A stretch of 63,826 bases of DNA, the filler included, from Lenisia limosa (lineage: Eukaryota > Protista > Breviatea), in NCBI GenBank assembly GCA_001655205.1. It is 7 parts of 7 records of this genome, joined end to end, with 100 filler letters (N's around TTAATTAATTAA, not from the genome) between each part and the next. Parts side by side here need not be neighbours in the genome. Positions count along the whole stretch, not along the records: positions 43,499 to 61,102 come from LPNZ01011316.1; positions 61,203 to 62,358 come from LPNZ01000227.1; positions 62,459 to 63,826 come from LPNZ01003218.1; 4 more parts are not named here. One strand, 5' to 3'. The notes under the pieces were generated by a model. It was given only the letters and a program-made list of their open reading frames with translations. It searched no databases and was not told the origin of the DNA. Position numbers and translations under genes: made by a program. Positions 50,664-62,469 of this stretch are shown here, piece by piece. Within the stretch, counting starts at the first letter, position 1. Every line of letters begins with the position of its first letter.

Positions 50664-51900
50664 ATGAAACCACAAGTCGTCTGGGCCCAGCGCAAGACTT
50701 TTGTAAGGCATATTTGAGCTGTTTTGTGACTTACGGCACCAGGTCATTGCTACTATCCAAGCTACCACCCCTAACCCAGAGGTTACTATCTCTGAGGACA
50801 AGGTTACCTACAAATGCGGGGTTTTTTTTTTTTTTTTTTTTTTTNNNNNNNNNNNNNNNNNNNNNNNNNNNNNNNNNNNNNNNNNNNNNNNNNNNNNNNN
50901 NNNNNNNNNNNNTTGATGTTTCTCAATCGAGATATTCTGTTCATCGTCATGTTGAGCTTCACCTTCAGAAAACCGACGACACTTGGTGGTATGCTGCGTT
51001 CCCCCTTTTCTCTGCCCTGCCTTTTGTGCTTATTAACATTCTCCAGGCCTCGTTTGACCGCAGCCAAGAAGGTTGCTGGTGTCAAGGTCGACTGGACCAA
51101 GTGGCAAGATGAGGACGAAGAGGCTGAGGAGGCCGCTAGCAAGCAGGAGGAGATGTCCAACCTTCTTCAAGGAGTAGGAGGGAGAAAAAGGGGTGTGTCT
51201 GGCGTGACTGAGACATGATCATCATCATGGCTCAGAACAGTTGGTTTTCGGTGTGTGATTTTTTGGTTTCTCTCCATGATTGGTTTCCTGTGACTAATCC
51301 TTTTTGTTTAATTCCACACATGACTTGACTTGTCCGTTTTGCACCTCCCACCATTCCGCTAACTTCTAACACGTGACAGCTGTTTATTCATTGAAAGGGT
51401 GTACTTTGTCATACATCTCCATGTACCTCCACGCCACACAGTATCTAGAAGATGGAAATTCCTCTATCCTTTTGATATTTCCCTTTCCTATTACCCACAC
51501 TATCAAACGACATCTGAAACCCACACTATCCTACAAGGAAATAGGGGTTGTAATTTGCCAGATCTTAGTTTTCTCCACCCCCTCCCCCCAATTCTGAAGA
51601 AGAAATACAAAGGTTAATTTTAACACAAGCATATTACTAAGTAATACCTGGTCTCCTTCTAAGAGAGCAGACTTCTAACCCGGACTCCTCATGATACTAT
51701 TTTGATGACTGTTGGAATTTCTGTTCTTGAAGGGAGCTGTCCCATTCCTCACCCCCTCCCCCCAGATGGCCGGTGGCGGAGGCGGAATGGCCAACGGGCT
51801 GAACATGGACGACCTCATGCAGAAGGCCAAGGGAGCTGCCCCCCAGCCCGCCGCCGTCGACAGTGACAGCGATGACGAGGACCTCCCCGAGCTCGAGTAA
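50664..51900 (+). CDS. SBA1: Hsp90 co-chaperone p23 (SBA1/wos2/PTGES3 family)
   Basis: MKPQVVWAQRK...WWPRLTAAKKVAGVKVDWTKWQDEDEE...GGGMANGLNMDDLM...DSDSDDEDLPELE*, stop TAA at 51898-51900. One intron or exon boundary falls in a gap. Confidence 0.92.
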
Positions 51901-52050
51901 ACTCCTTTCTTTATGTACTTTTATCTTCCCTTCTTCATTTATTGGAGTAAACACCTTTCTTTACTTTTATCTCCCCTTCTTCGGAATAAACGTTAACCTT
52001 CGTACTGAAAAAACAAACATATATTTAAGAAACTGGAATGACATAGGCGA

Positions 52051-52900
52051 TTAGAAGACATGCCACTTCTGGGCAAGCGCGGAAGACTGGAACACTGAGT
52101 ATGAGGGGCGAACCTGGTGTTGATGCATGTCTGGAAGGTCAGGAATAGGTGGGCGGAAAGAGCAACTAAAAAAACATCAGAATAACACTGAGATACAACA
52201 TCAAAGCCCACAGTTATTTGAGATCTGTGATCTAAGGTCCGAAATTTCTTGCTGCATTCGATTGAACTCCTGGGGGGGGGGGGGAANNNNNNNNNNNNNN
52301 NNNNNNNNNNNNNNNNNNNNNNNNNNNNNNNNNNNNNNNNNNNNNNNNNNNNNNTCATTTTAGCACGGGCAAACCTCATTGTTTCGCCGTCTTTCATCGA
52401 GGAGCATATCGTAGACTTCTTCGTTCTATATAGTGAGCTACACAACCTCATGATAAGCCTATCCAGTGGTATATTTTAAGATACTTAAGTAAGAAGGTCA
52501 ACATCTCCCATCATAACAACCTCATGGAAGAATCAGAAAGCTTCCCATCATACAATGGTTCTTTCAACTGGGACAGTTGGAGGGCCTGGAAGAGAGTGGT
52601 GTGACTTTGGTGCTGGGGGTGGAGAGAGCTCTATGAAATTAGTTAACTCTGTTTTCAGCAGGCTCACTTCTTTCCAATTTGATCAATATTTATTTTACCA
52701 TATCGCCGATAAAAGAAGCAAAACAGAAAGAGCAAACAGAACAAAGTTGGAGAAAAGGGCAAACCGAGGCTCTGCTGTTGGCGCGCAAGAGTGGACTTTT
52801 TGCGTCGCCTGCGCGTCGGTACTGTCACACTCACAAAGTCTTCCTCTTCTTCCACTATGCGATCAGATTCAACATACAACTCATCATAACATGATATAGA
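52051..52900 (-). CDS. Uncharacterised small multi-exon protein (basic, Pro-rich and coiled-coil segments)
   Basis: Exons PTRRRRKKSTLARQQQSL, LSPPPAPKSHHSLPGPP, NEEVYDMLLDERRRNNE, EFNRMQQEISDLRSQIS and ...SALAQKWHVF*, with in-phase GT-AG joins. Confidence 0.45.
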
Positions 52901-53529
52901 ACTTGGTCTTTACTGAGGTCCGAAAAAAAAGACAAAATTGCTCAAAAAAATTCAAAGGTCTATTTATTCACCCAAGTGAAACGAAAAAGAACTTGGTCAA
53001 ATAGTATTAGCCCTCTCAACCCACTCAAAGGTTCGGGTGAGGGAGTTGGCATCGGGGGCGGCGCGGGGGAAGACTGGAAGGTCAGATTAGTGAGCGCAAG
53101 TTAGAGAAGTTGTAGGGGAAGTGATAAGAAGCAAGTAGAACGGCGAATCAATAATATCTGATAGCTATATCATATATGCTCAAGGTCCAAAATTATGTCG
53201 TTATTTCGAATTAATGTCGTTAATTATTTACGGTCGCCAAATCAGCGATTCCCCTTCAAAACAGTAATATATTTCTGAGATATACACACTTAATTTGTTT
53301 ATGAAGGAAAACAAAGAAAAATATAACCTTTCAAAATTTTTTTTTACAAGATCAGCACTTTATCGTGGAAATTTAATTTTTTAGCGCCACGCTCGCGCAA
53401 TTTTTTTCAGTTTATTCTCGCTTTTTTCTCATATGTCCTTTTTTACGAGTTAAATTGTGAAGTTGACCGTAACATGAAAAAGAGACAGTCACAGAAAATT
53501 GAATTAACGACATAGTTTANNNNNNNNNN

Positions 53530-55786
53530 ACAGAATAAAGACTTGCCACCCCTTCTCCAACCATTTTGCCTTCAGGAGTAGGAGCACGTTTGGTTGGAAC
53601 TGTCTTCACCTGTGAGGGCTGAAGAGTGAGAGTCTTATAAGATGTAGGAATGTGCAAATCAATGTTCCCCAGTTAGATAATAATTGGGGAAAGGGATAAG
53701 AATTATGAGGGCTTGGAAATAGATCAATCCACAATTCTCTCATAATAAATAACTAACATCATATCATACATAATGTGCATGTTTAGAACTAACAAAAAAG
53801 TATCACCGACACCCTTCTTACGGTTCTCCTTGGGACTTTTGCGGGGACCGGGGGTGCATTGTCACGTAACACTCGCTCGATTGTCTGCTGTATGAATGCT
53901 GGGATAACAGATTGAAGTCATAGAATTCAAGACCCTTCTGCCAAGAATAACAAAGTCTTATTTTTTTCAAAAAAAAAAACCCCTCCCCAAGTACAGCAAT
54001 GAGTTGACGAACCACCTCAATATCAAAAGAGCGGAAAAGAGGGTGCATGTAGGTCCAAGTGCTGAAGTGTAAAAGAGTGCGGATAGAACTTCTGAAATAT
54101 TTCAAGTCAATTGCTTTTTTTTGACCAAGACGGGTTCTTGGGACGAGATTATCATGGCTCTCTATTTTTTATTAGAGGTTTAGTGGGTTGTATCTAATAC
54201 GCATAATATCATACTATAAACAATAAGAGAGAGAAAGAGAAACAAGAGAAAAGAAGAGAAGTATCAGAGCAATAGTATCATATTATATGATGAGGGTGAT
54301 GTCAAACACCGGACGAGTTTGTTACCTCAGGGAGCCCTCTTACAGTGTACGGTGCCTACAAAAATAAGAGCAAACTTGAAGAACTAAATATATGGATGTG
54401 CCTTTATGTTTGCTTTGAATAAATTGTATTTCGTGATGAGTAGTTGTCAAAAAGAGAGAATTCTCAATGCTTGTGAACCATTATCACCCAAAATATGTCA
54501 AATCTGACATTCTGCCTACTTTTCGTCGTTCTTAACAAATCCATGACGGGCCATCTACAGAGAAATAAGTAATTCACAGCAGCGTGATGATGTGTGGAAA
54601 GGACAAATAGGTTACATTTGAAGCTAACCACACCCCATTATGTTAAGAAGTATTAATAATTGGATGGGATTTCTCCAGCTAAAAACAATACCCAGCCTTA
54701 CAAGGGTTCGGAGGGACTTTGGCGTGAATGAGTTGCCAGGGCAGAGTGTGGCAAGATAGGTGCTGTGGAATAAGGATAAATGCAGAGACTGAGAAGGGTC
54801 TATCAAGAGTTTTTTGAGAAGAAAATATGACAATACTACCAATAATACCCTTCCAACTTCATTACATATTAGTACATATAATATGTATTGTTATTATGAT
54901 ATATGGTATTACATGTAAAGGATATATGATTTGAAACCTTTGACGTAGCAAACCAGAACTGCTCAGGGTCAGAAATACTGAACACTTGAGGGGTATTGTT
55001 GAAGAGTTTCAGACTAGATGCTGTTTCTACAACTCATAAGAATGGTATTAAAAAAGAGTCATTGGTGTAAATGAGAGTTTGGAGAATTGTATGTGCAAAA
55101 AGTTGGGTTGCAAAAGCCTTATATCAAAAGACTCATATTTTCCCTAGAGCCACCCCCCCTTCCCACCGAATATTTTGAGCACAAATTCGGATCCAGAAAT
55201 GCCAATAGTAGAAGTGAGGAGGTACGTGTACTGCTGACACGTCTGGAGGGTAATGCAAGCAACGCATTAGAATGAAAGCAATTCAATTTGGTGCCGTTTG
55301 TCCAAAAGAGTGAATTTGCTATAAAACAGTAGATTACAAAAATGACACAAGAAAGCCCTCTCCCGCCCACGCTCAAGCTTTCGAACTCCTTTTCCAGTCG
55401 TTTTTCTGGAGGGGGGGGGGGTTAGCCAAGAATATATATAGCAATGAGAATTGTATCTGGCCGAAGTCATCACGCTTCTCAAAGATATTGGATTATAGTA
55501 AAATATTAATTCACCCATATACTATAAAACATTGCGGGTTTAGAAATGAAACTATATTAAGCAATGTCAACACAGATATTACAAAATGTTGTATTAAATC
55601 CGGTAGATTTCTTTGCAGACCTTCCATGTAGGTCTGCGTGTCTTTTGGGGGTTTCGGGTCTTTGATGACGGGCATTGGGAGGTTGTACGTGTCAAAGACA
55701 GAATGAAGAGTTTCTGAGTGGCAGGTGGTTAAAGGGGGAGGAAACGTCGCAAAATGAGTAACTGAGGATTTCTTCGTCTTGCTCAT
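53530..55786 (-). CDS. Uncharacterised multi-exon protein
   Basis: First exon MSKTKKSSVTHF...MEGLQRNLPDLIQHF, then exons such as SLHLSLFHSTYLATLCPGNSFTPKSLRTL and SIRTLLHFSTWTYMHPLFRSFDIEVVRQLIA. The 3' end runs into a gap. Confidence 0.4.
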
Positions 55787-55849
55787 AAAAGAGATGTTCT
55801 ATTTCTTCAGCGATCAATTTGTAAACCCGGCATACCAAGTCGGTCATTT

Positions 55850-58140
55850 TCCTTGTACGTCATAATGAGAGGGGTTGCAAGGGCCTTGAGCAGCACCTCG
55901 GGGCTGAAGGCTTCGGGGAAACAGTATGCCCTATGGAAAAAACATGAATTAATCTGATACTACAATTCAATATCTCGAAGCGTGATGACGNNNNNNNNNN
56001 NNNNNNNNNNNNNNNNNNNNNNNNNNNNNNNNNNNNNNNNNNNNNNNNNNNNNNNNNNNNNNNNNNNNNNNATAAAAAGGTAAAGGGAAATATGGAATAT
56101 ATTTCCAATCAAATGACCCACTTAATCCTGCGAAGTTCAAGGTTGAAGCCATACTGTCCAGTCACTTCGTCATTGATGAGGTTCATGTCGACACAGAGTG
56201 ACACGTGCGTCTATGCGGTTAGTTTCAGGGTTGAATCATGGGGTTCACAACGTAACTCTAATGCTTAGCTTGTAACGAAATTGACTTTAACAACGACTAC
56301 ATACCAAATGTCATTGAGTGAAATATTAACCCCCTCCCCACGCCAGCAGCAAGTGGTTGGTTGCCTTTGTGGGGATAACGTCTCAGCAAGAAGCCCTCCA
56401 TGTGAGTGGCGTAGACCTGAGCGCTATGAATAAATGACATAAACAACACAAAACAGCATCTACAAAGGTTGCAAAAGACTCGCATACACTTGCCCCCCAC
56501 CCACAGCAATAGGAACTTGCCTGGCCTCTCCGGTAGCCATTTCTACCGGGCCTCTGCTGGCAGTAAAGAGGTCATGTTGCGACCTTTCCCCGCTCATGAC
56601 TCTCTGCGTGATAACCCTCGAAATCTGGGGGGTTAAAAAGGAAAAATTATGTGAAAATAAGAGGTTTTTTTTCGTTCTAGATAAGACCCCTGCCCAAAGG
56701 ATGGTAGTAAAGCTTTGTGACCGCATACGAATTCGCCATCGTGGAGATGCTCTGCGGGGGGAGGGTGTCAGATGAAGGAGAAATATGGGACAAAAGGGAA
56801 GTATGATGATTAGTATTGAGAGAATTCCCAAATAACATTAGATATGCCAATACTATTGCGAACCTAGGGGGCTCATGACGCCATGAAGGGGGTGGCGACA
56901 TCCATTAGAGACGGAAAGGAACTGCTGAATCACTGGAGACGTCAGGTCAAAATATTATTTTCAATAAAATTAAACCATCTTCAAGGTGTAATTAACTCTT
57001 TAAAGTCTCAGAAAGATCTTCAGTAAAAGAAGGTGTGATACAGAAATGGTGTTCATACAAATCCCCCNNNNNNNNNNNNNNNNNNNNNNNNNNNNNNNNN
57101 NNNNNNNNNNNNNNNNNNNNNNNNNNNNNNNNNNNNNNNNNNNNNNNNNNNNNNNNNNNNNNNNNNNNNNNNNNNNNNNNNNNNNNNNNNNNNNNNNNNN
57201 NNNNNNNNNNNNNNNNNNNNNNNNNNNNNNNNNNNNNNNNNNNNNNNNNNNNNNNNNNNNNNNNNNNNNNNNNAGAGGCAAAGTTGGATATGCAGTGGTG
57301 ATGGCTTGGATAGAGAGTTGGATATGCAGTGCGCGAAGCCGATATCTCATATCCACAGTGACCCTCTCGGTATGCTGTAATTGGTACCAACTGAACACCC
57401 TCAAACCTTATCAGTGATCATTTTCAGTCCAATTGTAAACATTAACTATAAAATCAAAGAAAACTCTTAAAGAACCTAGGAAAACGAAAGCATACATAGT
57501 TCAACCTTGTCGAGTCTAACATGCCACTCCCCCACCTGCCACAGCCATGCAAAGTAAGCTGCCTGGAGTTTGTTTAGCACAACATCGTGAGGTTTCGTGC
57601 GGTTAATGGGTTGTGAGGGTCGGACCTGTGTTCAGTGAAAAATGAATNNNNNNNNNNNNNNNNNNNNNNNNNNNNNNNNNNNNNNNNNNNNNNNNNNNNN
57701 NNNNNNNNNNNNNNNNNNNNNNNNNNNNNNNNNNNNNNNNNNNNNNNNNNNNNNNNNNNNNNNNNNNNNNNNNNNNNNNNNNNNNNNNNNNNNNNNNNNN
57801 NNNNNNNNNNNNNNNNNNNNNNNNNNNNNNNNNNNNNNNNNNNNNNNNNNNNNNNNNNNNNNNNNNNNNNNNNNNNNNNNNNNNNNNNNNNNNNNNNNNN
57901 NNNNNNGCTGGGCTGACACGAGTTCCAGAGGGGGTGTGATGATCCCTAGACCTCTCTTTCCAGGCTCCAAACTCTGCAAGAATAAAAATCGGCATTTATC
58001 AAACAAAACTGAAATTAAATATTATTATAAAAAAGAAACATCAAGAAGTGAAATGAACATGTGCAACAGAAACCCATACCTTGAAAAGGGCTTCCTCGCA
58101 CATGGAAGGGGAATGAAAGTAATCAAAAGGCAGCCAGTCC
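55850..58140 (-). CDS. Uncharacterised multi-exon gene broken by gaps
   Basis: GT-AG-bounded open pieces such as AQVYATHMEGFLLRRYPHKGNQ and THVSLCVDMNLINDEVTGQYGFNLELRRIK. No family recognised. Confidence 0.3.
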
Positions 58141-58409
58141 TGTTGGGGGGGGGGGGNNNNNNNNNNNNNNNNNNNNNNNNNNNNNNNNNNNNNNNNNNNN
58201 NNNNNNNNNNNNNNNNNNNNNNNNNNNNNNNNNNNNNNNNNNNNNNNNNNNNNNNNNNNNNNNNNNNNNNNNNNNNNNNNNNNNNNNNNNNNNNNNNNNA
58301 TGCAAAAGTGTCATTCACAGAAACCCTCTACTACTGCTTCACTTCGGTTCGAAAAAAGACTGAATTTCTCGAAAACTATCGATTCTTTGCCGAACCGAAG
58401 TGAATAACC

Positions 58410-60560
58410 CACCCACTGCGAAAAGTGGGTCAATTGGAATCGGAGCGTGGTGGATCTCGTCAGCGCCGCTAATTGCAGGCTGTAGCTTGAACGGCAGCGT
58501 CGGCATGTGGGGCAAGGTGGGGTAGCGGTCAACATTTCCTGCAGGGAGGAATAATTTCAGTAACTGATTGACTAACCAAAAAGCACCCCCCCCACCCTCG
58601 GAAGCTTTTGCTGGAACTGGTGTCGGAACTTCCTTAGCTTCCGACCCGACATTCTTTTCCGATGACTCCAGGGCGGCCGCGGTCAGCGGCAATGTGATAG
58701 TCTCGGAGGTGTCCTCGAGAGAGGGGGTTGCGGAGGGAGGGATTTCTACAGGGTAAAATACATACAAACTAAAACAACGCGTTGTTGGTAATAACTAGGC
58801 CAACTCAGTCCCCAAACTCTTGTAGTTGGTAGGGCTTCACTTCGGTTCGAAAAAAGACTAAATTTCCCTATAAATCTTCGAAAACTATCGATTTTTACTG
58901 GTCTTTTTTGAACCGAAGTGAAGCCCTAGTAGTTGGGCTCCCACAAACCATTCACAACTTCAGAAGGGGGTGACAACTCATTGGTGGGAGGTATTTCGGA
59001 AGGAGATACTTCTACTTCCGTAGGAGCTGCGTGGGGCACGACAATTGGGCTCTCTTCGGCTAACTGCTGTGTGTTCTCAAGAGTCTTCTCCAGTTGAGCC
59101 TTTGTGATGAGGATCAGAAGAAGGGCTATTGATGTGGGCAAAGGTAGCAGATCTAATGAGCTAATAAGTTTCTAAAAACCCCTGTACCGTGGGCATGGGC
59201 AGGGGCATTCCAGGAAGCGTACCAAGTTCTAAAGTGAATGAGGTGAAGAAGCTGGAGTTAGTTGACTGAGCAAAAGTAACTCTTGGTAGGTGTTTGATAC
59301 TGTATTGTATAATATTTGTAGCTCACATTTGCCGAAAAGGAAGGGCTTCCTTATATACACCAAATAAGGCTCCCTTTGAAATGACAACCCACCTAGGTAA
59401 TTTCCATCTGATTGTTCTGAATTCCGAGCTTGTGTGGGTTCTGAATGTCAAACAATGAGGAAATAGACGACTGTGAAAGAGATTTCAGAATCGCCATTGC
59501 TTATACAAAGATGAAATAGAAAAGAGGATATCTGACCGGCTACACCATTACGCTTATCAGAGACTTGATAAGAGTATACGATTGAAATGAAATAGTAAAC
59601 AGATTGAGATGATACAGTGGAAAGGTTGAAAAGAGAGTGAGGCATATTTATTGGTAAGCCCACATTGTTCCTCGGTACTTTGTAACTACTCTCGGGATCT
59701 TTGTGTTATCCAATATTATTTAAGAGTAAGAAAAGAAAACAGCGTGAAAGCTTGTTTACCTGGCTGTTGCGGCTCCGGGGTGATGACAATGCGGGGAAAG
59801 TCGTCAAGAGAGGAAGGGGAAATCTAAAATGTGAGTAATTATGCAACATTATTTTTCTTCTCTCACTAAAACAATAAAAAAGTTATATCACAGTATACCT
59901 GCTTGAAAAATAATTGGTCAAGGTGAATATAGCATCAACTCAAACCATTACAAATAATTCCTGGGGTTATACTAGCACTACCCGAAAATGAAGATGAGCT
60001 CCATAAACAACCGTTTCGTACTGAGAGCGAACCCGTTAATACTAATAAACATTTCATCACCCGATAACCCACAATTGGTGCCAGGGGAAGAGTGTGGGTG
60101 GACGATGGGGCTTCTGTAGGCGTGGTAACAGGATGGATCTGTGTCTATTGTGTTAATTATATGTGTCACAAAAAGTTGGAGGCGGGGCACTCTGACCACG
60201 TAATCAAATAAGTATTAAATAATAGGTATTGCTTAATATCTCCAATAAAAACGGAACTGTCACAAAACCGTTCGCCAAATAAGAGGGAATATGAGGAGAG
60301 AAAAGATAACGGTTGAGACGATTTAACAAGCCATTTGTCAACAGTCTAACGGCTTACCTCGGGAGCAACAAAAGTCGGTACAGGCACGTGTGCTGGCTCT
60401 GAGACAGGAAGAGATTTTGCCACTATTTGTTCACTGGGAAGATTGCCATCTTTTAAAAGAGCTGTCATTGCAGGGACATTGGCAACGATCGGCTCAGAAG
60501 AGGGGGGTGGATGGATCACAGGAGGAGGGGCCGGAAGGCCCTGATCCGGGGTACTCATTG
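58410..60560 (-). CDS. Pro/Glu/Ser/Thr-rich low-complexity protein, multi-exon
   Basis: Exons STPDQGLPAPPPVIHPPPSSEP..., LEKTLENTQQLAEESPIVVPHAAPTEVEVSPSE and EIPPSATPSLEDTSETITLP... share composition and strand. Confidence 0.4.
58830..58928. mobile_element. 99-bp hAT-type MITE with perfect 8-bp target-site duplication
   Basis: GTAGTTGG|TAGGGCTTCACTTCGGTTCGAAAAAAGAC...GTCTTTTTTGAACCGAAGTGAAGCCCTA|GTAGTTGG. A deleted copy lies at ~58335-58410. Confidence 0.93.
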
Positions 60561-61202
60561 CCTTCTTGCCTTATTACTATTTGCTAATTTAAACAGCTGG
60601 CGAGAGGGGACGCAGTAGGCCTCAGAAATACCAAGATGTCAAGATACAATTTTCTGATGAGGCAACTATATCTCGAAAACAACTCTAATTAAGCTCTACT
60701 AACTAATATGAGTGACAATGGAAAAAAAGGAGCAAAAGATCACAAAAAGACGAGATATCGGGGCGGATGGACAAGTAAAAAAATACTCCTGCTATTCTCC
60801 GCTTTGAAGCCGACTGGGGACCCTTTTTGGTTGATTTACTTCAAGTTGGCGTTTTAAAAACATTTATTTGAGATTCTTCGCGTATCCTTCATTGACATGG
60901 CATTATAGTTTCATTCCAAGCCCCCTCAGGAACAGAAAACCACAATGGTTACAAGAGCACAGTTAAAGAGGGACAGTAATGCAAGGAAACAGCACGATGA
61001 GGCTCCTGAAGAAATAACTGTTCCAACAGCTCGTCGCCGTGCCACTGCCAAAACCAAGCCTCCCGTGAAAAAATCAATTAACAAAGCTACCACATCCAAA
61101 CCNNNNNNNNNNNNNNNNNNNNNNNNNNNNNNNNNNNNNNNNNNNNTTAATTAATTAANNNNNNNNNNNNNNNNNNNNNNNNNNNNNNNNNNNNNNNNNN
61201 NN

Positions 61203-62331
61203 AGCGGGTCTTGCCCCCTGCCTGACCTGACTGAGGGCGTTTTGAGCAACTGTACCGAGAGGGAGGTGTACGACCCCTTGACTCGATGCATGTTCGAGTG
61301 CAGTGTAGGGGGGATGTTCGGCTCATCTAAAAAGGGGTTTGCAGCGTCTGTGAACAATAAAAAGGGATTAACGTAGTGGGAATTTTTGAGTGTAATGTAG
61401 AGGGAATTTTCGAGTGTAATGTAGGGAGAGGGGAGGGTCTTAGAGTTTATTCAACTCTCCTTCATTGTGCCTCTCATACTGAGGTTACTCATCCATTCCG
61501 ACTAGAGCCTCACTTTTGTTCAAAAAAGAATGTATGTATATTTCGATAAATCTTCGATATTTCACCGCTTTTTGTTACCGAAATGAAGCCCTAATTCCGA
61601 CTGAACATTGACATGGAATCTAGGTTGGCTACTCCCCCCTCTCCGGAAGCCCGTCTTCGACTTGTTGGAAGGGGCACTTCTCGGACATCTTACACTGCGC
61701 ACTTACCAGTGGGGCAGGATGGCAAATGTAACCAGAATGCAAAATGTGGCAAATGATGAATCCACCAGTGCAAGTACTAATGCTTTTTATTTAGAACTTC
61801 CCTTCTCAGTATCGTAATCAGTGGTCGTTTAAAGACCAATAGGAACAACTGGACCGTTTTATTGATGAAGGCTTTTATATATAATTCAATTGAGCTCACC
61901 ACCCCAGATACGACTTGCGCCACACCGGTTGTACCCGATCACCAGTTAACAAGCTGCAACCGTGGGCATTGGAATGCTGTTGAGTGTTACAGACTGGGTC
62001 TTTTTGTGGCACAAATCGTGGTGTTAATCCTAGTCTATATTCATTTTAATTACTTCTGGACAAAGCCGCACTCACACTTTTAACTCGAAAATAGAGGACA
62101 GCTACGCTGAGTTTGCTGAATGCTCTTATGAATGTGACTCCGGGTTTCACCAGGTTGGCTGTCCACGGTCACTGCATTGTCGTGTTCGACTCGATTGCCT
62201 TTGTTTTCTGTGTATTGCTATGCTGGATTGTCATCTTTCAAATCCCCTTTATTCATCATGGCACTCAGATTTCAAACTCAAGTGTTGCCACGTGTACTCA
62301 GAATGGAACTTGGTCCTACACTCTCGAGTGT
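61203..62331 (+). CDS. Sushi/CCP-repeat protein, internal fragment
   Basis: CPLPDLTEGVLSNC...RCMFECS, GYSPLSGSPSSTCWKGHFSDILHC, ECSYECDSGFHQVG and SSVATCTQNGTWSYTLEC follow the CCP pattern C...C..G(Y/F)...G.....C...G.W.....C. The fragment is bounded by linkers. Confidence 0.75.
61503..61593. mobile_element. hAT-type MITE copy with perfect 8-bp target-site duplication, in an intron of the Sushi gene
   Basis: ATTCCGAC|TAGAGCCTCACTTTTGTTCAAAAAAGA...CCGAAATGAAGCCCTA|ATTCCGAC. Confidence 0.85.
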
Positions 62332-62469
62332 AAACAGAGTGGGAGGGGGGGGGGGGGGNNNNNNNNNNNNNNNNNNNNNNNNNNNNNNNNNNNNNNNNNN
62401 NNTTAATTAATTAANNNNNNNNNNNNNNNNNNNNNNNNNNNNNNNNNNNNNNNNNNNNAACCCCCCCCC

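Noticed and set aside
13440-53410. E2F-like GCGC motifs in intergenic regions (~13447, 20635, 30914, ~53393)
   Set aside because: They are too short and too few to separate from chance without a genome-wide enrichment test.
54620-54780. OSCP1 similarity (LFHSTYLATL...KSLRTL)
   Set aside because: The resemblance is confined to one exon, and neighbouring exons do not match what I recall of the family.
60945-61102. Retroelement ORF start (MVTRAQ...)
   Set aside because: Only 52 codons precede the linker, with no gag, protease or RT motif and no LTR.
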